Shown: positions 41,278 to 50,888 of the stretch, piece after piece
Layout of the letters: every line of letters begins with the position of its first letter
Numbering within the stretch: position 1 is the stretch's first letter
NCBI GenBank assembly: GCA_903860135.1
Contig: CAIOPG010000002.1
Location: 1,192-65,191 of the forward strand
Direction of reading: 5' to 3'
Source: Candidatus Omnitrophota bacterium
Lineage (GTDB): Bacteria; Omnitrophota; Gorgyraeia; Zapsychrales; Fredricksoniimonadaceae
Length of the DNA: 64,000 nt
Program-made: the position numbers and the translations under genes
The notes under the pieces: generated by a model
What the model saw: only the letters and a program-made list of their open reading frames with translations
Told to the model about the DNA's origin: nothing
Database searches by the model: none

Positions 41278-41302
41278 GCCGTTTATCCCCCCTTCAGACG
41301 TC

Positions 41303-42505
41303 CTATATTGATGCGAAATAAGTTTCGATGGGCGTTGAAAGAAATTCTTCCAGTTTGATCCCTTCAGGACCAACAAGAATGACGCGCGCCTGGGGAAACT
41401 TTTTTAAAAACAACTGAAATTGCTCTGCGTGTCTTTCATAATTTGTTTTGACTTCAATGGCTATCAGCTTTGAGCCTTTGCGCAGGACAAAATCAATTTC
41501 ATTTTTATCGTCACGCCAGTAATACACCTCATAATTATGCATTTTCCCCTGATTGATCAAATAAGCGCCAACCGACGCCTCCACGAGGCGCCCCCAATAC
41601 ACAGGATCTTTTACGGCTTCCACCCTCGGGAAATTCTTGACAGCGGAAATTAACCCGGAATTTAAAGGAACCCACTTGGGAGAAGAATTTCTCCGAAGAA
41701 GATCTTTACCTGACCATTTTTGTAAACCCAAAAGAAGATAGGTTTGTTCGAGCATTCGCTGATAGCCGGAAATTGTCAGCACACTCTTGACATCTTTAAA
41801 ATGCCCCTGGATCTTCCGATAAGCCAATTCTTGCCCTGCATAATGGCACGCCAAAAAAAACAGGTTGCGCAAAAGTGCCGGATTGCGCACTTCGGTCAAT
41901 AGCGGAATGTCCCGCGATAGAACAGGCTCAATGACGGCATCCATAATATAATGCCGCCAGCGCTCTTCATCATGCCTGAAAGTGGCTCCCCCCGGATACC
42001 CGCCAAAATACAAATAATCTTCTAAAGAAAAATCAAAGGCTTCCTTACATTCAAGATACGACCAATGCATGAACCATATGATCTCAAAGCGCCCCATTAA
42101 ACTTTCCGACAACCCTTTCTGCATCATCAACGCCGATGACCCCAATAAAACGACACAGACATTCCTTTTTTCAAACGAATCCTCATCCCACAACCTTTTG
42201 ATCTCAGTTGACCATGCCCTGATCTTTTGAATCTCGTCAAAAACAAGAATAACTTTATTCCCGCCTTTTTCCTTATCCCTGGCTTGATGCCAATACGACG
42301 TAATCCACTCAACACCCGGGGTCGGCGAAACAAAGTCAGCAATAGCATAAACATACGGATCGGAGAGTTCTCTTATAACACCATTGACCGCCCACGACTT
42401 GCCCACCTGACGCGGGCCAAGCACAATCTGAATCGTACGACGCGGCTCCGCCAGCCTGCTTTTTAGGATACCTGCCACCGGATGCACGTAATCTTTATTA
42501 TTCAT
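41303..42505 (-). CDS. AAA_14 ATPase with DUF4143/PD-(D/E)xK C-terminus
   Basis: GPRQVGKS, FDEIQ, LGSS, GGYP, EIDFV...IEVK. Confidence 0.9.
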   Translation of the reverse strand: MNNKDYVHPVAGILKSRLAEPRRTIQIVLGPRQVGKSWAVNGVIRELSDPYVYAIADFVSPTPGVEWITSYWHQARDKEKGGNKVILVFDEIQKIRAWSTEIKRLWDEDSFEKRNVCVVLLGSSALMMQKGLSESLMGRFEIIWFMHWSYLECKEAFDFSLEDYLYFGGYPGGATFRHDEERWRHYIMDAVIEPVLSRDIPLLTEVRNPALLRNLFFLACHYAGQELAYRKIQGHFKDVKSVLTISGYQRMLEQTYLLLGLQKWSGKDLLRRNSSPKWVPLNSGLISAVKNFPRVEAVKDPVYWGRLVEASVGAYLINQGKMHNYEVYYWRDDKNEIDFVLRKGSKLIAIEVKTNYERHAEQFQLFLKKFPQARVILVGPEGIKLEEFLSTPIETYFASI

Positions 42506-42686
42506 AACACCTTTGGTAATCAGATGATACAAATTTGGTAATCATGATTTTCAATTATAATAATGATATTTAATTTGTCAACAAAAAGTCGGAACCTATC
42601 CAAATTTTGAACATATTTAGCGCGATAGTATACAGGCATTCTAAATGCTCTTGTAATTATAATTCATAACCCTTAAGATAGTTCCC

Positions 42687-43166
42687 ATGACACAGCTCCA
42701 ACACCTCGCGCAACACTTGACCGCCAGCCGCCAAACTTTAGCCACCGCCGAATCCTGCACCGGCGGGCTGATCGCCCATACCCTGACCAATATCCCCGGC
42801 GCTTCGGCCTGGTTTAAAGGCGGGGTCGTGGCTTATGCCAATACGGCCAAATCTGATATGCTGGGAGTCGCTCCTGAGCTGATCCTGCAACACGGCGCGG
42901 TCAGTGCCCCAGTGGCAGAAGCCATGGCTCAGGGTGCACGCCTGCGCTTTGATACCACTTTCGCCATCGCCACAACCGGCATCGCCGGTCCATCGGGCGG
43001 CACACCCGCCAAGCCCGTGGGCCTTGTCTTCATCGCCGTTGCCTCGGCCAAAACAACAACCGCCTCAAAATTTCTTTTTACCGGAACCCGCGCCCGGATC
43101 AAACGCCAAACCCTGGCCACAGCCATCAAACTGCTCAACGCACGACTGTCACTTTCAATGCTGTGA
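42687..43166 (+). CDS. cinA: CinA C-terminal domain / NMN deamidase (PncC-like)
   Basis: AESCTGG, HGAVS, TTGIAGPSGG, KPVGLV. Confidence 0.92.
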   Translation: MTQLQHLAQHLTASRQTLATAESCTGGLIAHTLTNIPGASAWFKGGVVAYANTAKSDMLGVAPELILQHGAVSAPVAEAMAQGARLRFDTTFAIATTGIAGPSGGTPAKPVGLVFIAVASAKTTTASKFLFTGTRARIKRQTLATAIKLLNARLSLSML

Positions 43167-46100
43167 AGACGGCATTCCCAGAAACGCCGGCAGATCCACC
43201 GCATCCTCCACGCCAATAATCACCGGCACAAATCCCGGCGCCGCCGCCAACCGCGCCACCTCAGCCGGGTCAACATCAAAAACATCCCCCATCGCACCCG
43301 CTGTCGAGATCCGCATCCGGTCAGCCGTCAGATCAATACCACCGGTGCCATTCGCCCTGTCAATCACTGGACTCTTCAACAATTCACTTTGATTAACTAT
43401 CCTCTTTAAGATACTATCCGCTGTTAAATTACCCTCTTGACTCGCCTTTTCCAAAGCACGAATAATACCTAAACTATTTTCAACCAGAAACTTATTCATT
43501 TCCTCAACGTTATTTATCCCGCTCGGGAGAATTTTACGGATACGCGCACTATATCTAACCCCTGAAGAATTTACCTTGTTTTTCCCTTGCAACAATAAAT
43601 CATGAATTGCAAAAGCGAAGATCTGATGCGCAAGGAATCGACTGTTCGGATCCAGGGATATCCATAAAAACAAAGAAGGCTGTTTATCTTTGTAATTTTC
43701 AACAACCTGAATTGCAAGAATATCTGAACTTTTCATGGAAACAGCTACATAAATATCCGTTCCCGTCTTCGTATTAGATAATTCATCAACCAAAACCAAC
43801 AATCCCAATATTTTGCCAGTCATAGCGAATTGAGGATTAATTGTAATGACCTTTTTTAATTTTTCCAGAAAAAGGGTTCTCTTGTTTCCTTTTAAATCAC
43901 TGAATCTAACAACATCAGCCAATAAATATTGCCCATCACGTTCAAAAACAACCTTATTCACTAATTCACCAGTAAACAAATTAAACGCACCCTCATCTTT
44001 CAACTCATTATTTGAAGCAAAGTCAGCGACTGTATTGCGTTTTACTACATCATTTTGACCCTGAGTTGTCGTTGCGATCTCGCGCAAATAGGCTGTTTCC
44101 CGCGTATGCCGGGCCATAAGGTCATCGCCTGATGCTACGGTGATGTAGGGATTTTGTTGCTGGATCAAGCCCAGCATCGCCGTAGCAGATGCCTGTTCTT
44201 TTTGGGAGACTTCTTTTGTTTCAGCCATGCGCCATCCCAATATCGCTTTAGAATAAATCGTCCGTAACAACACGCTGTTCAAGCGCGCAACTTCCTGATC
44301 ATTCAAAGAATTTTCATCCTTGACAGCCTTTTGCAACAAAACTTTAGCATCCTCGTCCAGCCAGCGCTTGTCAGCATCTTCGACATAACGATAAAAATCC
44401 CGCCGTTGCACGATGGCATTAATCAAATTCTTCGGCGTGCTCCGTGGATAAAGGGTCTTTAATAAAAATCTTTTGAATCGTTTCCCATCCGAAGTATTAT
44501 TCAGTTTGATCCATTCTTGTGCATCAATAAGGTCCCTTGATTGAACGCTAAGAGTCTTAATAATGGTATTAATTGCGTGCAAGTGGTCATCACTTAATGC
44601 ATGGGCCTGCTTTAACTTAACAAAAGCAATAAATGATGCTTCGCTTTTATTCAAAGCGTCAATGAGCTCTTCCATAGAAGTCCCTGACGAAATGGACATC
44701 TTCGTATCAGATTCAATTAAACGAGTCAATGCCTGTAGTTGATCAAAATCTTCAAATTCAGCCACTTTCAAATCCAGAAAGCCATTAATCACTTGCATAA
44801 AATCACTCTTTAAAACATCCTTCAACGAAGCATTTGTAAGCTTCGCTAATTCTTGAAGCATTAACTGATTAGTCTTCTGGTGCTTATCGTCCCCGATGGC
44901 CTCACGCAATAATTCAACATCAAGGTCGCCCGGCGTGACCACAAAAGAATTCTTCATAAAATTATGCCTTATAAGGGCGCGCACCTGACTCCGGTTCAAC
45001 GGTTCATTTATCTTGCGAGGCTTTTTGTTCTGAATATCCATCAACCAACTAACACGCTGGCCGGTCTTCGTTTCCCCTTTCACTAGAGCAGCGTTCAATT
45101 CCTGAAGAAAACTTTCAGATCCCAGCAATGCATTAACCCTGTCAATGTCTGTATCTGCCGACGGGACATTAAATCCGGCACGCTCAATCGCCGCAATAAC
45201 CTCTACCACCCTGGCATTGCTGAATTTATCGCCGCGCCTTTGAAACTCTGGCTTTAAAAAAAACGAAAGGCTTTGCAATAATCCATGGATCACACGATGC
45301 GCATTATGCCATAAAAATACAAACCCTTCTTTTTCGATCTGTTCCTGGTCATGCCAGGCAAACGCAGTGACCTGATCGACCGCCGAAAAACTACCTTGCC
45401 GGTAGAAATTTATCCGCGATCCCATCACGAGATGACCTGTTTTCTTTTCAACAACCTGAACAGCCATAATCTCCAACTGCCCCTTCTTGTTTCTTTCTAC
45501 AGCCGCATAAACCTCGCGTTGGCCCAACAACCCCTTGGCAATGGTTTTAGCCAATGAAAGCGTCGAAAAAACATCCCCGGCATTGATGGCCCCCATACTC
45601 CGGCTCTGCCTCACCAAGGCCTTGACAAATGCTTGCCGCAATAGCTTCGCCTCCTCACTTTTCGTCGCGCTCACCTTGACCACATCCACAGCCCGGTACT
45701 CGCCCCCGGGGCTTTGCATGATCACTTTCTTTTCCAAAGCGCCATTGAACAGACGAACATCCTCGGTTGAATTCTCCTTTAAACTTGCCTGTCCATCCGA
45801 TCCTTGTTGTTCGGACAAGCTGTGTCCCAAGTTTTTATTGATTCTATTATTCAAATCAGGGGCATTCTGACCGGGGATCAACAAATTCTCATTGTCTCTC
45901 AATTGCTCCAACATCTTGTTTGCTGACACATTCCCCGCAAGCGCATCCGCGTTCAGTTCCACAATAATGTTATCCTGCACATACTTCAGCATACCCGGGA
46001 GATTGCTACGCATCGACGCCCTCTTCACCTCTCTAGATGACGCTCCAGGGGGCACATTGCTGAACCCAAAAGCCCCTCCCGCATCCATCATATCCAAAGA

Positions 46101-47648
46101 CACACCAGCGGCATTGAGCTCATTGATAACCAAAAATAATAACCGTTGCGCCACGGCCATCTGCCCTTCCTCGGCTACCCAGGGCATAATGGATATAGGC
46201 AACTTATTAGTATTTTTCCAAGTCATTTTCCTGGGCCTGCGCACCGGCTGAACCGCCAGTATCCGCCCATCAGGCATAACCGCCGCATATAAATCAATTT
46301 CCTGCGCTATGGCGTATTTCTCCCTGGTCAATGCATCCAGCAAATGCGCAAGAGTTATGAACGATGTTGCTATACTTTGCTTATGGAGCCACTGCTTTTT
46401 CAGAGACTCGATCAATTTTTCCCCTGCGGGTGTCGCCACATTTCTGATCCTGACGACCTTAACAAATTGATAAACACCCTCGACCTTGGCTACGACGGGT
46501 TTCGTCAGTACTTCTCCCCCCCGGGCAGTAAAAATAGCTGCCTGCTCAGCGCTTATCTGCACGTTGACCTGCCTCGATTGAACAGGAAGCTCGGCAGGGT
46601 CAACTGTACTGACCATGGTCATAGCCGTGATCTTGGCCAAAACCCCGCCCGCGAAATATTTACGCGGGATCGTCTCGCGTGTCAGGGGGTCATACTCTTC
46701 GCGGATATAATTATAAACACCTTTTTTGAAAGCCTCCACATAACGGCCCCAGATTTTGACCGCTTCTTGCGGATCGTTGATATTCACGCCCGCAACCTTC
46801 CGGCGGTCGACATACACCCGTGACAACAGGCTGTCCTTGACTTTCTTCTTGTACCAGGTAGCCAGGATCAGCGAGTGGTAAACCTGACGTAATTGAGTAA
46901 AATTCCGGCCTTCGTTCACCTCTTTTTCAAGGACAGGAATAATGACTTGCCGGAGAATCTCCTTGACATCATCCGAGGCAGACGCCGTCGGTGCAACATA
47001 CCCCGCCTGTTGACGTGCCGCCAGATAATCCGAATCCAGCATGACCTTCAGGCGCGATTTGACCACATAAGCCGTATGGGTTGGCGCATTCTCGTAAACA
47101 ACCACTTCGGCAGGGACGATCCATACCTTGTTAAACGTATCGACCGGAATATTGGCACTGCCGAACTTCTGCGCCGCCAGGGCATAGATCTTCTGCCAGA
47201 ACAGCTTGCCGGTGTCCCCTTCAGGATAGATCAGGCTTGAGGTGATCTGCTTCAGGAAATAATCCTGCGCCAGGAGGTCGCGGCCCATCTCGGTCTGGCC
47301 AAAGGCTTCCGGGACAATGCGGTCTTTCTCATAAGGGCTGAGATTGACCCACAGATCATCTTCCGGTATGGTCAAGGCGGCCAGAAAATACCGGATCAAC
47401 CGGCTGGCCGTCGCACGTTCAGAGGCCTCGGGAACAGCCCCGGCAGCCTCACCGGGATCGAGGATAAAATCGAAGCGGAACGGTTCCTTAACATAAAGCT
47501 TAACCCCATTCAGCACCGCAGGATGACACGCGTTGCTTAAGCCCACCAGTCTTCCGGGCAACGGCATCACAACCTCGGCATACGCCAGCGGAAAAAAAGA
47601 TTCCGTTAAAAATACCACACAAATGAACAAAGCCACAATCCGCCGCAT
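43155..47648 (-). CDS. Large putatively exported modular protein: conserved N-domain + three diverged repeats + GGIDL tail
   Basis: Start ATG 47648 with AGGGAG RBS and signal peptide; N-domain and C-tail paralogous to 19710..24845. Confidence 0.8.
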   Translation of the reverse strand: MRRIVALFICVVFLTESFFPLAYAEVVMPLPGRLVGLSNACHPAVLNGVKLYVKEPFRFDFILDPGEAAGAVPEASERATASRLIRYFLAALTIPEDDLWVNLSPYEKDRIVPEAFGQTEMGRDLLAQDYFLKQITSSLIYPEGDTGKLFWQKIYALAAQKFGSANIPVDTFNKVWIVPAEVVVYENAPTHTAYVVKSRLKVMLDSDYLAARQQAGYVAPTASASDDVKEILRQVIIPVLEKEVNEGRNFTQLRQVYHSLILATWYKKKVKDSLLSRVYVDRRKVAGVNINDPQEAVKIWGRYVEAFKKGVYNYIREEYDPLTRETIPRKYFAGGVLAKITAMTMVSTVDPAELPVQSRQVNVQISAEQAAIFTARGGEVLTKPVVAKVEGVYQFVKVVRIRNVATPAGEKLIESLKKQWLHKQSIATSFITLAHLLDALTREKYAIAQEIDLYAAVMPDGRILAVQPVRRPRKMTWKNTNKLPISIMPWVAEEGQMAVAQRLLFLVINELNAAGVSLDMMDAGGAFGFSNVPPGASSREVKRASMRSNLPGMLKYVQDNIIVELNADALAGNVSANKMLEQLRDNENLLIPGQNAPDLNNRINKNLGHSLSEQQGSDGQASLKENSTEDVRLFNGALEKKVIMQSPGGEYRAVDVVKVSATKSEEAKLLRQAFVKALVRQSRSMGAINAGDVFSTLSLAKTIAKGLLGQREVYAAVERNKKGQLEIMAVQVVEKKTGHLVMGSRINFYRQGSFSAVDQVTAFAWHDQEQIEKEGFVFLWHNAHRVIHGLLQSLSFFLKPEFQRRGDKFSNARVVEVIAAIERAGFNVPSADTDIDRVNALLGSESFLQELNAALVKGETKTGQRVSWLMDIQNKKPRKINEPLNRSQVRALIRHNFMKNSFVVTPGDLDVELLREAIGDDKHQKTNQLMLQELAKLTNASLKDVLKSDFMQVINGFLDLKVAEFEDFDQLQALTRLIESDTKMSISSGTSMEELIDALNKSEASFIAFVKLKQAHALSDDHLHAINTIIKTLSVQSRDLIDAQEWIKLNNTSDGKRFKRFLLKTLYPRSTPKNLINAIVQRRDFYRYVEDADKRWLDEDAKVLLQKAVKDENSLNDQEVARLNSVLLRTIYSKAILGWRMAETKEVSQKEQASATAMLGLIQQQNPYITVASGDDLMARHTRETAYLREIATTTQGQNDVVKRNTVADFASNNELKDEGAFNLFTGELVNKVVFERDGQYLLADVVRFSDLKGNKRTLFLEKLKKVITINPQFAMTGKILGLLVLVDELSNTKTGTDIYVAVSMKSSDILAIQVVENYKDKQPSLFLWISLDPNSRFLAHQIFAFAIHDLLLQGKNKVNSSGVRYSARIRKILPSGINNVEEMNKFLVENSLGIIRALEKASQEGNLTADSILKRIVNQSELLKSPVIDRANGTGGIDLTADRMRISTAGAMGDVFDVDPAEVARLAAAPGFVPVIIGVEDAVDLPAFLGMPSSQH

Positions 47649-47736
47649 GCCTACTCCCTTTTGCCAATAATGCCTATTTTTATTGAAATGACCACCGATG
47701 AATAAAAATATAACATATAGAATCATGGTTAACAAA

Positions 47737-47776
47737 GAAAACCGCCTTTTCCTTTTCAGAAAAAGACGGTTTAAAA
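47737..47776 (-). terminator. Intrinsic terminator after the YccA-like gene
   Basis: aaaccgcctttt...aaaagacggttt with flanking A/T runs. Confidence 0.55.
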
Positions 47777-47800
47777 AACAGCGCGTACTATTGGGTTATA

Positions 47801-48538
47801 TCAGTCTCTGCCGCGCAATTTCGCCAACAGCTGCAAGATCTCCATATAAAGCCAAATGAGCGTTACCATGAGGCCGAAAGCACCGACCCATTCCATGTAT
47901 TTCGGAGCTCCGGCTTGCGCGCCCTGTTCGATAAAATCAAAGTCGAGCACCAGATTCAGCGCCGCGATACCGACCACAAACAGGCTAAAACCAATGCTCA
48001 TCAGGCTCGAACCAACCATGAACGGAACAGCAACATGAAAAAATCCCAGCACAAAGGATACCAGATACACCAGCCCGATGGCCATCGTGGCCACCATAAC
48101 ACCCGTACGGAATTTCTCGGTCACACGGATCAGACCGGTCTTGTACGCCATGAGCAGGCAGAACAGCGTCCCGAACGTAAGCGCCACCGCCTGCATCACA
48201 ATGCCGGGAAAGCGCAGCTCAAAGAGCGCCGAGATCCCTCCGAGCACAAGGCCTTCACACAGGGCATAGCCCGGCGTCGTGAACCCGGCCCACTCTTTCT
48301 TGAACATCGTCACCAACGCAAGGATCAACCCGACAATGCCGCCGCCCACAATAAAAGGCAGGGCTTTGGAGATCGGGGCACTCCAGACCCACATGGCCGA
48401 AGCCATCAAAAGGATCAGCAGGATCAGGGACTTGTTGACCACCCCCTGGACGGTCATGACCTGCCCCGGGGCGAAACTTTCCGCTGCGGCAAATACATCA
48501 TCTTTTAAAATTGGATTGGATGTTCTCATCGGTACCAC
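47801..48538 (-). CDS. Bax inhibitor-1/YccA-like membrane protein
   Basis: MRTSNP, MTVQG, NLVLDFDFIE, TLIWLYMEIL. Confidence 0.88.
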   Translation of the reverse strand: MVPMRTSNPILKDDVFAAAESFAPGQVMTVQGVVNKSLILLILLMASAMWVWSAPISKALPFIVGGGIVGLILALVTMFKKEWAGFTTPGYALCEGLVLGGISALFELRFPGIVMQAVALTFGTLFCLLMAYKTGLIRVTEKFRTGVMVATMAIGLVYLVSFVLGFFHVAVPFMVGSSLMSIGFSLFVVGIAALNLVLDFDFIEQGAQAGAPKYMEWVGAFGLMVTLIWLYMEILQLLAKLRGRD

Positions 48539-48547
48539 CTCCTGTAA

Positions 48548-49003
48548 TTAAGCGATTCCAATAATACGAACTGCCACCTGCAGTACGATATTCGTATAAA
48601 TGCCGGCCATGATATCATCGAGCATGATCCCCCTGGCCCCGCCCATATCCTCCAGTTTATTCGCGGGAAAAGTCTTGAACATGTCAAACGCACGGAACAG
48701 GAAGAACCCTGTCGCCATGACAGGCCATGTCATGGGCAAGAAAAGAAAAGATACCATAATACCCGCCGCTTCGTCAATAACAATGCAACCGGGATCTTTC
48801 TTGCCCGAAAGTTCTTCGGCCCGCCCGGCTGTCAGAAAGCCGACAACGGTAATGAACACGCCGACCGCGATGTACAACGGCCAGGAATGATGCACAAGGA
48901 AAGCCACCCCCAGCGCCGCGGCACTGGCCAGCGTCCCCGGCGCGAGCGGCAAATCACCGATATGAAAAAATGTCGCGCAGAAACGCGCCACACGGTCATT
49001 CAT
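48548..49003 (-). CDS. pgpA: Phosphatidylglycerophosphatase A
   Basis: APGTLAS, DPGCIVIDE, FRAFDMFK, GIMLDDIMAG. Confidence 0.92.
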   Translation of the reverse strand: MNDRVARFCATFFHIGDLPLAPGTLASAAALGVAFLVHHSWPLYIAVGVFITVVGFLTAGRAEELSGKKDPGCIVIDEAAGIMVSFLFLPMTWPVMATGFFLFRAFDMFKTFPANKLEDMGGARGIMLDDIMAGIYTNIVLQVAVRIIGIA

Positions 49004-49571
49004 GCGTGGCCTTCTCTTTCGGAATGGCCCGAAAATATTCAACCCCGGACCAGACGCTGAGCACCAGCGCAAAAATAATGAACGCGACGATGAGCCCGCG
49101 CCACTGGAATTCCATCAGGTTCGCCCCTGTCGACGTGGCAGGGTACGACCACAACACCCGGTAAACCAGCGCCACAAGGATGGCCGCTATCTGCACAATG
49201 GTCTTGATCTTGCCCGTCTGTTCAGCGGGGATCACCTGGCCTTTGGTCATGGCGTGCAAGCGCGAAGCCGTCACCACGATCTCGCGGAAGGCAATAACAA
49301 GGATCATCCACAATGGCGCAAGCCCCTCAAAAGCCAGGATAAAGAAAGCAGAAAGTGTCAGGAATTTGTCGGCCACCGGATCCATAAGCTTCCCGAACGT
49401 CGTGATCAAGTTATGCTTGCGGGCAATGTGTCCGTCGAGCATATCGGTCAGCGCCGCGATGATAAAAAATATCAACGCCAGCACCGCCCCTGGCGCCCCC
49501 TGTTGCATAAAAATGATAAACACGCATGTCAGCACCAAACGGGACATGGTCAGCATATTCGGCAGGTTCAT
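48996..49571 (-). CDS. pgsA: CDP-DAG:glycerol-3-phosphate phosphatidyltransferase
   Basis: MNLPNMLT, DMLDGHIAR..FGKLMDPVADK, GKIKT. Confidence 0.95.
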   Translation of the reverse strand: MNLPNMLTMSRLVLTCVFIIFMQQGAPGAVLALIFFIIAALTDMLDGHIARKHNLITTFGKLMDPVADKFLTLSAFFILAFEGLAPLWMILVIAFREIVVTASRLHAMTKGQVIPAEQTGKIKTIVQIAAILVALVYRVLWSYPATSTGANLMEFQWRGLIVAFIIFALVLSVWSGVEYFRAIPKEKATHE

Positions 49572-50884
49572 ACAGCGTCTCCTTCCAGATCATAATCCAT
49601 GGCACCGGTTACCCGGACCATGGTAAATTCACCGATACGCAAAGGCTTGCGTGTGCGCACATACACAACACCATCGACTTCAGGCGCATCAAAAGCACTA
49701 CGCCCGATATAACCACCATCGGGGCCTTCGGCCCCTTCTTCTATCAGCACCTTTAAAGTCTGCCCGACAAGCCGCGCATTCAGGCGTGCCGCCACCCCTT
49801 GCTGGGCCTGCATGAGCACCTCATACCTCCGGCGGGCCGTCGCGGCTGGCACCTTGCCAGGCAGATCATACGCCGCCGTCCCTTCCTCGCGGGAATACGT
49901 AAAAACACCCACGCGTTCAAAGGGTTGTTCCTCAAGGAACGCTAAAAGTGCGCGAAAATCTTTTTCAGTCTCCCCCGGGAAACCGGCAATGAACGTTGTC
50001 CGCAGGGAAATCCCGGGGACAACCCGGCGGATCTTCGTGACCAGCGCCACTATGTCCGCGCGCGTCATCGGACGATTCATCCGCCGTAGGACACTTTCGC
50101 TGACATGCTGCAGGGGTATATCCAGATACCGGCAGATCCCCGGATGCGCCGCCATCACGGCCAGGAGTTCATCCGTAATGTGTGCCGGATGCGCGTACAA
50201 AAGCCTTATCCAGCCGTCAAATACCTGCGCGGCTTTCCCGAGCAATTCTGCCAATGCCCGGCGCTGATAAAGATCCAGGCCATACGCTGTCACATCCTGC
50301 CCGATAAGATTGATCTCGCGCACCCCACGGTCATTCAGTCGTCGGATATCCTCGATCACCGCCTCCATCGGGCGCGAAACAAATTTTCCCTTGATCCGGG
50401 GAATAATGCAAAAACTGCAGGTATTATAACAGCTTTCACATATCTTGACATAAGCATAATGGGCCGGCGTCAGCGAAGCCGATAAGGCTGGCGCAGAAGA
50501 GGCCAACGCCTGAACACCGGTAAACGCATCGACGCCTTTCAACTCTGCCGCCAGTTCCTTGCCGTAACGCTGCGACAGGCATCCGGCGACGACGATCTTT
50601 TTGATCTGCCCTTTTTCCTTCAGCGCCACCAGTTCAAGGATCGCGTCGATGGATTCTTTCCTGGCAGATTCAATGAAGGCGCACGTATTGATAACAACAG
50701 TATCCGCTTTTTCCAACGGAGCCAGGACGCCGCCCTTGCTTTCAAGCCCGGCAATGATATTCTGGGAATCGACGGTATTGCGCGCGCACCCCAAGCTGAT
50801 CACCGCAAAAGATGCCCCCCGGGACAGCACGCCACCTTCTTCAAGCCGCCCCAGATGAAACAGATCAAGACCGGGAGCAGGCAT
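49568..50884 (-). CDS. rimO: Ribosomal protein S12 methylthiotransferase
   Basis: SLGCARNTVDS, NTCAFI, CYNTCSFCIIP, DAPEVDG TRAM. Confidence 0.93.
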   Translation of the reverse strand: MPAPGLDLFHLGRLEEGGVLSRGASFAVISLGCARNTVDSQNIIAGLESKGGVLAPLEKADTVVINTCAFIESARKESIDAILELVALKEKGQIKKIVVAGCLSQRYGKELAAELKGVDAFTGVQALASSAPALSASLTPAHYAYVKICESCYNTCSFCIIPRIKGKFVSRPMEAVIEDIRRLNDRGVREINLIGQDVTAYGLDLYQRRALAELLGKAAQVFDGWIRLLYAHPAHITDELLAVMAAHPGICRYLDIPLQHVSESVLRRMNRPMTRADIVALVTKIRRVVPGISLRTTFIAGFPGETEKDFRALLAFLEEQPFERVGVFTYSREEGTAAYDLPGKVPAATARRRYEVLMQAQQGVAARLNARLVGQTLKVLIEEGAEGPDGGYIGRSAFDAPEVDGVVYVRTRKPLRIGEFTMVRVTGAMDYDLEGDAV

Positions 50885-50888
50885 GCCG

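Noticed and set aside
43140-47800. Direct repeat flanking the second giant gene
   Set aside because: I compared the cinA 3' end with 47650-47800 by eye and found no match; only a 12-bp convergent overlap with cinA.
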